Shown: positions 1 to 9,993, numbered from the stretch's first letter. The stretch: 20,183 bases of DNA from Coniocarpon cinnabarinum (GCA_051942205.1 JAVECO010000104.1:62001-82183), one strand, 5' to 3'. Notes: generated by a model from the letters alone, not told the origin. Numbers and translations are program-made.

Positions 1-3000
1 GAGGCCAAACAGGCTGCCAACAAAGTTCAGATCCTCGACCTTGACTCTCGTCGAAAATCAACTCAAATCAACGCCACCGCAGACGCGTCTAAGCCTACAG
101 TGGTCAAAAAGGAGAGCATGGCTGATGAGGATGACATCGACCCTCCCAAGGGCGGTGACTATTTTTCTCTCGATCGCAAAGGCGAAGACGACAGTTCCAA
201 GCTTGTGTCCGAGTTCAAAGGCCCTGTGGCACCCATCAAGTCGGAGTTGCAACCCGACGCTGATGAAGAAGGCGTCGAGTGGCCATTCGAGCGCTTGTGC
301 GAGTACCTCATGGTTGACATGTTCGACCACAATTGGGAAGTGAGGCACGGTGCAGCTCTCGGCCTTCGTGAGATACTACGAGTGCACGCTGCTGGGGCAG
401 GCCGCGAACGCGGAAAATCGAAATCAGTTAACGCTGCTGCCAATCAGAGATGGCTCAATGACCTGGCTTGTCGGATATGCGCAGTGTTCATGCTGGACAG
501 ATTCGCCGATTTTGGCTCTGACAACGCTGTTACTCCTGTGCGTGAAACAGCTGGTCAAGCACTTGGCTCTCTACTCCAAGACGCGTCAGCGGCAACGGTT
601 GAAGCCACGTATCACGTGTTAAGATCACTTGTGCTGCAAGAGCATCTGGTCAAATCGCGAGTCTGGCAAGCTTGTCACGGTGGCATGATCGGCCTGCGTT
701 ACCTCGTTGCTGTTCGATATGATGTATTGCTGGCTCGACAAGACTTGATGGACAGTGCTCTATCCGTCGTCATGCATGGACTGTCCGACAACGACGACGA
801 CGTTCGCGCTGTCAGCTCTGCAACATTGATTCCCGTGTGTGAAGAATTTGTCAAGCGTCGGCCAGCCTCACTCGGAGACCTTGTGCACATCGTATGGGAA
901 TGCCTAGGCAACCTCAACGACGATCTAAGCTCGAGTACTGGGGCGGTGATGGATCTGTTGTCGAAGCTGTGCTCGTTTTCACAGGTACTCGATGTCATGA
1001 AAGCCAACGCAAGCAGCACTTCTGCTGCAAGCTTTGGTGTTCTCGTGCCTAGGCTTTTTCCGTTTCTCCGCCACACGATACGATCTGTGCGAGCCGCGGC
1101 TCTTCGAGCATTGCGCCAATTTCTCGACATTAAGGGAGAAGGAACAACGGACTGGGTAAATGGAAAAGCGCTGCGCCTAATCTTTCAAAATCTCATTGTT
1201 GAGCGCGATGATGAAGTGCGAAGGCTGTCGCTGGACGTGTGGATGGCTTTGCTCGATGTGATGACCACACAGAGGGGCTTTGTTGAACTCGAGAAAGAAA
1301 TGCTCGAACACCTCTCCTCCATCACGACCGTGACGATGCATCCAATTGGAGTATCTCAGCACCCCCTTCCCATGAGCCCGTCCCTGTTCATGCGTCCCTC
1401 TGGCCATGGGACCGTCATTCCTGCCCACTCTTCCACAAAGTCGCCACCACGCATCGATGGAGAGCCACCAGCAAAAAAACAGCGAAGGAGATCCAACAAG
1501 ACAGAGAAGGAGTCAACGCCCCCGCCACCTTCACCACACAACTTGGATGGCCCTGTCATCTCCGGCGACGTCGACTTGGTGGGCTTCGAGACGTTCGTAC
1601 ATTCCAAATTGGCAGCTGTGCAAGCATTTGCGAAGTTGATCAGCCTGTGGCCGGACAACTCACTGGACAAACACTTTGCGTCAGCGTTGGTGGTGAACAT
1701 GACATCACGATACTCGACCTCTCGAGAGATCGCTTGTTCAATTATTGGCGAAGCGGCACTGTTGCGTGGTCCAAACGATGCCTTCTTGATGAGCTTCATA
1801 GCGAAGCTGGAAAGCATTGTCAAAGAAGAACCCCCTAAGTGGTATACCGATATCAAATCATCGCTGTACGCTGTGAGAGGACAGTGTCACAACCTCATGT
1901 CGATATTCAAAGACAGCAATATTAGAGCCAGCTTACCGAACATACCGCCAATGGTTCAAGGGGATGATAATGCTGGACCACATGCTTTTGACATTCAGGA
2001 TGGTGAGCGAATCGCCGAACATGACTTTGAGAAGCTCAAGAGTAAGATGGGCAAATGGGCATGGGTTCCCATTGAGTCGAAAGCGAATGGTGATCGACAG
2101 GAACTACGACGCGTCCTGGACGATGCCAAGGCGTTGAAAGAGCAGCGGGACATTCGCGTCAAGTCGTCAGCGGCAGCTGCTTTGATTGCCCTGCAAATCA
2201 TCACCAAACCCCCAACAGGCGTCATCCAGGGTGTGATGAACAGTGTGAGACATGAGGAGAACTTCGATCTCCAGAAACGGTCTGCAGCCAGCGTGGTCGC
2301 TCTGGTGAGGCTTCTAGTCTCTCAAGATCGCAGGGCGATAGTGAAGAAAGTTGGCTCCAACTTGGCTTCTTTCTACACCAACGAGATTGCCGAAACGCCA
2401 GAATTTCTGCCCAACGTCGATGTCGAGGACATAATACTTTCCCTCCGAAAGGATGAAGACATCCAGGATCATGCGGACCCGGCTCAGCATGAACGACAGG
2501 CCAAACAGGCACGCATATGCCGGCGTGGAGCAAAAGAGACCTTTGAAGTCCTGGCATCAACCTTCGGACGAGAGCTTTTTGAATATGTCCCCACACTCAA
2601 GGCGCTCATTGAGGAGCCTCTGCAACAGGTCTTTGCAAACGAAATATCCGACGCGATACGTGAGGAGGGTAGTCCTCTTGGTCAGCGGGCAATCGATGCA
2701 ATGTCACTGATTCGCGCCTTGATCGTGAGGCTAGACCCCAGCCTGTATGGGTTCGTCTTGGATCTGGCTCCGCTGATGATCAAAGCCCTCAAGTGCAAAT
2801 ACGCCGTGTTTCGCTATATGGCTGCTAAATCCATCGCTACCATTTGCAGCGTTATCCGCGTCGAAGGATTCGAGTTGCTTGTCAAGCAGATTCTCCCTTG
2901 TATCAACAACCCACTTGATCTTCATCAACGGCAGGGCGCAGTCGAATGTGTGTACCACCTTATCAGCGTGATGGGTGATCACATACTTCCATATGTCATA

Positions 3001-5049
3001 TTCTTGATTGTTCCAATTCTAGGACGAATGTCCGACTCGGATGACAACACTCGCCTCATTGCAACGACCACGTTCGCTACTCTGGTGAAGCTGGTGCCTC
3101 TCGAAGCAGGCGTTCCCGATCCTCCAGGGCTTTCGGCTGATCTTCTAGAGGGACGGGAAAGAGAACGTAAATTCATGTCGCAGATGTTGGATCCGAAGAA
3201 GATTGAGGACTTCGAGGTGCCGGTAGCCATCAAAGCGACACTTCGCTCGTATCAGCAAGACGGCATCAATTGGTTGAACTTTCTCAATCGCTATAACTTG
3301 CATGGCGTTCTCTGCGACGACATGGGTCTGGGAAAGACCCTACAGACGATCTGCATGGTCGCCTCGGATCATCACATGCGTGCAGACAGGTTTGCTCAGA
3401 CTCAGGATCCTGACAGCCGTCGACTTCCTTCCCTCATCGTCTGCCCTTCATCTCTCTCAGGTCATTGGCAACAAGAGATCCAGCAATTTGCCCCTTTCCT
3501 GACCTCTGCGGCGTATGTAGGCAACCCTACAGATCGTGCTGCTATCCGGCATTCTCTCCATACTGCCGACATCATCATCACCTCTTACGAAGTTTGTCGC
3601 AGCGACATTGAGGTACTGGCTCCTTTGAATTGGAATTACTGCGTCCTTGACGAAGGTCATCTTATCAAAAATCCCTCCACCAAAATCACCCTCTCCGTGA
3701 AAAGGCTCAATTCTTACCATCGTCTCATCTTATCCGGCACTCCCATCCAAAACAACGTCCTCGAACTCTGGTCTCTTTTTGACTTCTTAATGCCGGGTTT
3801 CCTGGGCACCGAGAAGATTTTCAAAGATCGCTTCGCAAAGCCAATCGCCTTATCACGCTTCGGCAAGTCGTCCTCTAAAGAGCAGGAGGCTGGGGCGCTG
3901 GCCCTTGAAGCTCTGCACAAGCAGGTCCTCCCTTTTCTGATGCGACGTCTGAAAGAAGAAGTCTTGAACGACCTCCCGCCGAAAACGATCCAAAACTACT
4001 ACTGTGACCTCTCGGAGCTGCAACGCAAGCTCTTTGACGACTTCAATAAGAAAGAGGGTGCGAAACTTAAGAATCTCGCCGGTCAAGGTGATAAAGAGGC
4101 CAAGTCACACATCTTCACCTGCCTGCAATATATGCGCAAACTTTGCAACTCTCCGTCCCTGGTCATGACTCCCAAACACGTCCACTACGCCACCACTCAA
4201 CAATACCTGAAATCCCACCATACTTCCCTGGACGATCCTATTCATGCACCCAAACTCGCGGCCCTACGCGACTTGCTTGTCGACTGCGGCATTGGCTCCA
4301 CACCTTCGGATCCGTCCGCTTCCTCCACCACCGCCACCTCCCAAGACCAAATCGTACCCTCTGCCGACGCGGCCGTCGCTCCCCACCGCGCTCTCATCTT
4401 CTGCCAGGCAACCTCCATGCTCGACCTCGTCTCTTCTTATCTCAAATCGCATCTTCCATCAGCCACATCACTCACCCTCAATGGCGCCGTCCCCGCCGCT
4501 CAGCGCCAGTCCCTCGTTAACACATTCAACTCTGACCCCTCGATCGATCTCCTCCTCATGACTACTGCGGTCGGTGGTCTCGGTCTCAACCTGACAGGCG
4601 CCGACACCGTCATCTTCGTGGAACACGACTGGAATCCCCAGAAAGACATCCAAGCCATGGACCGCGCCCATCGTATCGGCCAGCGACGGGCCGTGAACGT
4701 CTACCGCCTCGTCACGCGCGGCACGCTCGAAGAGAAAATCCTCAACCTGCAGCGCTTCAAGATCGACGTCGCCAGCAGCGTCGTGAAGCAGCAAAAAGCC
4801 GGGCTCGCAGGCATGGACACAGGCGAGATCCTGGATCTCTTCAATCTGGAAGGCGTGGGCGGCGTCGAAGAGCGTGAGAAGGCGGGGAAAGAACGGGAAG
4901 AGGGTGCGAGTGCCGTCGATGAGGTCACGGGTGAGGTGCGGGAAAAGGGGAAGAAGGGGTTCCTGGATGATATCGGGGAATTGTGGAGTGAGGAGCAGTA
5001 TGAGGAAGAGTTTGACATGGAGGGTTTCCTGGGTCGGATGAAGGGTTAG
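1..5049 (+). CDS. MOT1: TBP-associated SNF2-family ATPase Mot1/BTAF1 (5'-partial)
   Basis: The frame is open from base 1 (EAKQAANKVQ...), so the start lies upstream of the window and the track's GTG at 100 is not the start. Mot1 N-terminal HEAT segments are present (WEVRHGAALGLREIL, LDRFADFGSDNAVTPVRET), as are SNF2 motifs LCDDMGLGKTLQ, LDEGH, LSGTPIQNN, GGLGLNLTGADTVIF and QAMDRAHRIGQ. Stop TAG at 5047-5049. No intron is needed in this part. Confidence 0.97.
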   Translation, partial: EAKQAANKVQILDLDSRRKSTQINATADASKPTVVKKESMADEDDIDPPKGGDYFSLDRKGEDDSSKLVSEFKGPVAPIKSELQPDADEEGVEWPFERLCEYLMVDMFDHNWEVRHGAALGLREILRVHAAGAGRERGKSKSVNAAANQRWLNDLACRICAVFMLDRFADFGSDNAVTPVRETAGQALGSLLQDASAATVEATYHVLRSLVLQEHLVKSRVWQACHGGMIGLRYLVAVRYDVLLARQDLMDSALSVVMHGLSDNDDDVRAVSSATLIPVCEEFVKRRPASLGDLVHIVWECLGNLNDDLSSSTGAVMDLLSKLCSFSQVLDVMKANASSTSAASFGVLVPRLFPFLRHTIRSVRAAALRALRQFLDIKGEGTTDWVNGKALRLIFQNLIVERDDEVRRLSLDVWMALLDVMTTQRGFVELEKEMLEHLSSITTVTMHPIGVSQHPLPMSPSLFMRPSGHGTVIPAHSSTKSPPRIDGEPPAKKQRRRSNKTEKESTPPPPSPHNLDGPVISGDVDLVGFETFVHSKLAAVQAFAKLISLWPDNSLDKHFASALVVNMTSRYSTSREIACSIIGEAALLRGPNDAFLMSFIAKLESIVKEEPPKWYTDIKSSLYAVRGQCHNLMSIFKDSNIRASLPNIPPMVQGDDNAGPHAFDIQDGERIAEHDFEKLKSKMGKWAWVPIESKANGDRQELRRVLDDAKALKEQRDIRVKSSAAAALIALQIITKPPTGVIQGVMNSVRHEENFDLQKRSAASVVALVRLLVSQDRRAIVKKVGSNLASFYTNEIAETPEFLPNVDVEDIILSLRKDEDIQDHADPAQHERQAKQARICRRGAKETFEVLASTFGRELFEYVPTLKALIEEPLQQVFANEISDAIREEGSPLGQRAIDAMSLIRALIVRLDPSLYGFVLDLAPLMIKALKCKYAVFRYMAAKSIATICSVIRVEGFELLVKQILPCINNPLDLHQRQGAVECVYHLISVMGDHILPYVIFLIVPILGRMSDSDDNTRLIATTTFATLVKLVPLEAGVPDPPGLSADLLEGRERERKFMSQMLDPKKIEDFEVPVAIKATLRSYQQDGINWLNFLNRYNLHGVLCDDMGLGKTLQTICMVASDHHMRADRFAQTQDPDSRRLPSLIVCPSSLSGHWQQEIQQFAPFLTSAAYVGNPTDRAAIRHSLHTADIIITSYEVCRSDIEVLAPLNWNYCVLDEGHLIKNPSTKITLSVKRLNSYHRLILSGTPIQNNVLELWSLFDFLMPGFLGTEKIFKDRFAKPIALSRFGKSSSKEQEAGALALEALHKQVLPFLMRRLKEEVLNDLPPKTIQNYYCDLSELQRKLFDDFNKKEGAKLKNLAGQGDKEAKSHIFTCLQYMRKLCNSPSLVMTPKHVHYATTQQYLKSHHTSLDDPIHAPKLAALRDLLVDCGIGSTPSDPSASSTTATSQDQIVPSADAAVAPHRALIFCQATSMLDLVSSYLKSHLPSATSLTLNGAVPAAQRQSLVNTFNSDPSIDLLLMTTAVGGLGLNLTGADTVIFVEHDWNPQKDIQAMDRAHRIGQRRAVNVYRLVTRGTLEEKILNLQRFKIDVASSVVKQQKAGLAGMDTGEILDLFNLEGVGGVEEREKAGKEREEGASAVDEVTGEVREKGKKGFLDDIGELWSEEQYEEEFDMEGFLGRMKG

Positions 5050-5878
5050 TCTCCTTTTCGGAGGGACGGCGAGGTTCTTTCGCATGAGGAGATTATGACG
5101 TGGATTGAGCTATTGATTGAGTGAGTGATTAATTAGTTAAGTAATTAACCGATTGATGTATGGGGAGGAGGGAGCAGGAGCAGGGAAAAGAGCGGGCTGG
5201 ACGATCGAAGGGGTGACGAGCGGGTCGAGATGGATGACTGATGGCTACCACTAGATGATGGTTCCAGCTGTGGAAAGAGAGGATGGTACCGATGATTTGA
5301 TTCAAGGCATGAGCTTAGCATGGTGTCTGGCGCCATTTTTATTTATCCTTGATATTACACCATCAATGACATTATTCCTCGCTACTTCCCTCATGGCTGA
5401 GCTCCTCTACTTCGGCATTCCAGTGCTTATACGAGTTCTTTATATGGGCTCAAATCGTGTTGAAACGCCCGAGTAGGTGATACATACGAGCGGCTTGACT
5501 CTACAACTCCAGTTGCGCAATGATCTGGATGAACACGAGTGAGCTGCACCGGAACGAGTACAAGAGTAACGAGACAACACTCATTACAAGGGCATGATCA
5601 GAGGGAGTAAAGACGTATCGGTCAGTGGAACGTATCAGTCAGTGGAGAGGGAAATTCCATATCAACCTATTCACAGCCCCATGCCTACCCATACTCGTTC
5701 CTATCCCAACACTCAACCACTCGACTCTGCACATCTACGGCTAGTACCGCACTCACTCCACCCACCGTCTCACCGTCACATTCCACCGCAGAACAACACA
5801 ACAAGGCATACGACAAACTCTCGACAGCTAGAAGAAATATCTGCCAAACGAAAGCAAGCCATACAGCACTCTCCCCAA

Positions 5879-5908
5879 CCTCAGCCTCAGCCTCAGTCTC
5901 AGTCCCAG
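5879..5908. repeat. Short degenerate hexamer tandem repeat (CCTCAG)3-TCTCAG-TCCCAG
   Basis: Read directly from the sequence. It lies just past the stop codon of the minus-strand gene, probably in its 3' UTR. Confidence 0.7.
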
Positions 5909-5965
5909 CGTTAGAAAAAGAGTTCTTGACCCGCCTTCACTTCCAGACCGCGCATCCACACATCT

Positions 5966-7786
5966 CTAATGCTTCCCAGCCACACCCTCATATCCCCCAG
6001 TCGGACTCACCATCCTCCCCGCCGCCTTCAAAATCCTGTCCCCGACCCCACCCGCACTCTCCAACGGGGGCACATACCCCTCATCTTCATAATACCCCTC
6101 GCCCTCGGCCTCCGCAAAATCACCCTCGTCATCATAGTACTCACCCTCCGCGTCTCCCTCCTCGTACAACGATCGATCGAACTGTCCATTTTCCGCGCCT
6201 GCCGAGCCCGCCGCGGCTCCTCCGGCCCCGGTCTTTGGCTGGTTGGCGCCCGCCACGTTCTGCTGACCCTGCTGTTGACGGTTGTTGGCGCCGTTGTTGC
6301 TGCCGCCGCCCTGCTTGCGCGTCTTGCGGCTCTTCGCTTTCGCCTTTTCCAACAGGCGGCGACGGTTCTCCTGCTCTTGGCGTTTCTTGAGTTCCTTGAG
6401 CTCGTAAGAGCGGAGCAGGGCACGGGGGCGCTCCAGAAAGATGGCTTCGTACAGGCAGTAGTCGCAGAGGGTGACGTCGCCGCGGGTCATGGTTTTGCGG
6501 CGGTTGAGGAGGCGTTGCTCGCGTTTGCGGTCAGTGGCTTGGTTGCGGATGAGTTCGCCGGTGGTGAGCTGGCGTCGATTGTCGGCATTATTGGGGTCGG
6601 CTTGCTGTGCAGATGCGTTGGCTGCGTTTGCGTTATGTGCTGTGGAGTTGGGGTCGGGGGAGGTTGCACTGTGGGCGCCGCTATTGGTCGGCGTGGTTTG
6701 AGTGCCCTGGGTTGTAGAGCGAGTCTGCTGAGTGAGAGGCGGATGCTGGAACACTCCTGCCCGAGAAGCCTGGTTAAGGTGTTTGGCTGATTCTGAGGGG
6801 GCAGTGAAAGTAAAATCGTTGTTTTGGCCATTGTTTGTCTGATGATTTGATGAGACTCGCCTGTTTTCCTGACCGTGGGGATAGCGCATCCCACTGCTCT
6901 TCCTTCCTGCACCAGGTTCTATGCCTAATGTTTGAAAGTCAGGGAATATTTCAATCAAAGCTAATGGCACATGCTGGAAAGCATGCACACAGACATACCA
7001 TCACCATGATTCAGTCCATTGACGGATGTTGCTAGAGGCTGCTTACCAGTCTTTGGTCCGTTGCGCACATTGCGAGCCTTTGAACTGGAACCAGCGGAGA
7101 CGTTCTTCCCCGTATTGTACGCAGGACCCGCTCCATCGGTTTGCCAATTTGGTCCATATCCCGGATCAGAATCGTTTGCATCGACAGGAAAATTGGAATT
7201 ATGATGTAGTGGTATCTTTCGTTTCTTCTTGTTGTTGGTGTTCTCAAACGACTCGCCATCTACTGAAGAAGTAGCAGATCCTCGTGGATATCTCAACATG
7301 TTATCTGACCACGACGATCGTTGTCCCGGGTAGTTGTCGTCTTCCCGATCCTCGTCGCTCTCATAAGCTCCCGGCGTCGTCAAGCGTCCGAAATCGGGAT
7401 TGCGGAGAGTCGTATACGTGTTGCCCTGCCTTCTTGATTGAACCGTCCCTTCTCGTGATATAGCCGGAGATCCGAAGACGGAGGGCGAACTCGACAGATC
7501 AAGCGGTCGATCGATGGAGCTTGCTTCACCTTCAGAAAGTCTAGATCGGAGTCGACGCTTGGGAAGGGGGCGGATCGGTCGTTCTGGGAAGACTGGTGAA
7601 TTGGTGTCAGGAGCGGTGGATAGTGGCAAGGGTAGCCGACCCCAGTCAGGACCTAAAGAATAATATATCTATCAGCCAAAAGTATGCATAGAGCAATCCT
7701 GGATAATTTGATGTGGTGAAAGAAAGTTGATCCTGCAGTCCGGTGACCAGTAGAGCGCTGTGGCACCCACCTTTGGAAGTCGCCAT
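5966..7786 (-). CDS. Uncharacterised fungal protein, about 542 aa, low-complexity, with basic NLS-like patches and a C-terminal CxxC plus charged coiled-coil segment
   Basis: Exons 7786-7771, 7652-6999 and 6924-5966 total 1629 nt and join in frame. Intron 7770-7653 is GTGGGT...GCTGAT...TTTAG; intron 6998-6925 is GTATGT...CTGAC...TTAG. This merges track ORFs 6961..7629 and 5966..6988. Motifs: PERPIRPLPKRRLRSRLS, ENTNNKKKRKIP, LCDYCLYEAIFLERPRALLRSYELKE. The 16-nt first exon is the least certain part. Confidence 0.85.
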
Positions 7787-9283
7787 CGTCGAAGGAAGAC
7801 TTTCAAGCTTCGCCGGCAGTTATGATGGTGCAAGTTGCGATCGAGCTCCCGATTGTGCTCGTGGATGATCGGCTGCGTTCTGGGTGCTGTAGTGTTGCTG
7901 ACGAGTGCCCTTTAATCAGTGCCCAACAGACTCGTTGGGCGAGCAAATTTCCAAAACACTCCTCGACAATAAATGTGTCTCCAAAGTAGTGTTGCCGTAG
8001 CGACAGCTTCTACGGGAGATCCTACGAAAGGTCTGGTGGTAGAGAGATCATGCGATGACCGGTTGCTGCTCCTCGTCAAGCTTTCTGGTAACGAAGTTTT
8101 TGGGGGGTTTTGGATTGGGATCCTGAACAAGCAGTTCGGAAACTTGCTGGCCTTGTGTCTGGAGTGATGAAAGATCGTAAAGTGTCTGAACAAATCTCAC
8201 AAGTGCATGTGCCGATGCTGAACAACCCGCAAATAGGCCTTATGGGAAAGTGTTGAAGGGGATCATTACTGAGGTTGACTAGTCCACATCATCGTCCAAG
8301 AACCCAATCGGGCAAGCTAGCGCCATGCATGCTTTTTTAGGGTTAATTGACGACGTTTTTCGAGCCACAGCCCTGTGAAACCTATCTACCGTGCCTGTCT
8401 CGACCTCACAAACACTTTCCGCAGTCAAGCTTGAGCGCAGTCATCTTTGACCTTGTGAGAATCCATTGTGTTTGTACGTGGTGCTCAAAGCTTTCGTACT
8501 GCCAATGATTGAGCCTATGAACGCCTTCCTCGTATGCCTTCAAGTCAAGCAACACAAGATTTTCCAACTTGATCGTAATGAATGTGTGGGAAATTATACG
8601 ACTAAGCGTCAGCCAGGACGGGATTCGTCTCAGCAATCAAGTTTGATTCTAAGAGCTAAAGTACAGCGAAGAACAGTAGCGCCAAGCCACTGCATGGTTG
8701 TAAATACAAAGAGGAGAATTGAACGAAACCCTGATAAGTAACGAAAGGTTCTGTGAAGCCGAATCAAAAGAATGTCAAAAACCCAACCGAACCAACTTGG
8801 GAAACTCATTTGCTTCGTGTTCGGCAATTTGTTGGCTTTCTGTCGTTATGAGCTCCAGTCTTCTTCCCTAGCTGACGGGCCATTTGCTGGTTGAGTCAGT
8901 CGTGGTCAGTAACCCGACCTGTGCATCAGTAAGTGCAGATAGGTTCAAGGCTTCTAGGAGTATCGTGCGTTACGCTGTCGAACAAAAAGACTGTTGCGAT
9001 GTAAGCAGGTGCTGGCTGTCTTCACCAATGGGACTTGTGGTCTCAGATGTTGCATTGAGTGCATGTTGACCTCACTTTACGAATTAGCAAGATTTATTAC
9101 AAATGCTTGCAAGGTGAAGTATTACCTGATCGCGGCTCTGTCGTAGCTGTTTTACATCGTGGTCTGTTGACATTGGCTGCAACGAACATGAGCGCAACTG
9201 AGTTTTGGACAGCGTGTGTGGTTGGCACCGAGGAGAGGGCCATCACCACAGACGTGACAGTCTGAGCCACCCCAAAGTCAGTG

Positions 9284-9454
9284 TCATATGAGAGAGAAGG
9301 TGTGCCAATGAAGTTCCTCACACCAATAATCATCGGAACGCCATTCGACAAAAGGTGCTGAGATCGTCACTAATTTGCCTGGATACGATCCACAGCTTGC
9401 GCAGCCCAGATCGGACGAGCTGTTGCTGAAACCGCATTTTGGACAGATCCACAT
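9284..9454 (-). CDS. Putative 56-aa microprotein with a RanBP2/NZF-type zinc finger
   Basis: ATG at 9454 has A at -3. MWICPKCGFSNSSSDLGCASCG matches W-x-C-x2-C-x3-N-x6-C-x2-C exactly (9451-9392). An in-frame TAA at 9475-9473 limits upstream extension. The true gene model is uncertain and it could be a pseudogene fragment. Confidence 0.5.
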   Translation of the reverse strand: MWICPKCGFSNSSSDLGCASCGSYPGKLVTISAPFVEWRSDDYWCEELHWHTFSLI

Positions 9455-9993
9455 ATTGACACGCAAGGGGATTTACTCGAGCTGAACAAGGATGATAGTG
9501 GTATATGGATGAATTACTTGGTGTTATCTGGTTCTTGCAAAGTGGTGCGACTTACACAGAAACTTGGGACGTAGCCATGGTGTCTTATAGAGGCCATCGT
9601 CTGCGGTGAAGGTAGTTAATAGCTTATGACAACAGACACCGCAGCTCACCTGGAAATACGGTCATCACGGCGACGAGGAATTGCAGAATGGGTCACGAGT
9701 GTGGTGGAAAAGGGTCAAAGAGTAGGGCTCTGCTGTTAACGACTTCTGTAAGACGTGTATGCACACCCATTGGCAAAGTTGGTGAGGCGAGATTGTGGCT
9801 CAATCCCCCTAATATCGGTCTGAAGACAGTACGGTGCCGAATAAGCATCGGAGCTCATTTCAACATGAAGCATCGAAGAGCATGGCATAGCGGAGCAAGG
9901 TCGAGACCTCGAAGGCTTGCGGTAACACGAGATTGCTAGACATGGCCGAACGAATGAGTTGTGAGATAGGCATGTTTGGAAGATCGGAAACAA

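Noticed and set aside
4468..5085. 205-aa minus-strand ORF and many other short ORFs overlapping MOT1, TAL1, SND1 and SQT1
   Set aside because: Antisense or off-frame shadows of well-supported genes in GC-rich codon-biased DNA.
5101..5160. AT-rich GATT/TAATT low-complexity patch after MOT1
   Set aside because: Probably part of a 3'-end processing region, but no defined motif or repeat unit can be supported.
5969..6790. 273-aa plus-strand ORF (also 5926..6390 and 5594..5914)
   Set aside because: The 273-aa ORF is a codon-aligned antisense shadow of the real minus-strand exon. The others are Pro/His-rich products of C-skewed sequence with no recognisable domain.
7912..8193. 93-aa minus ORF upstream of the uncharacterised gene
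   Set aside because: Non-ATG start and no protein-like features; it reads like 5' UTR or promoter sequence.
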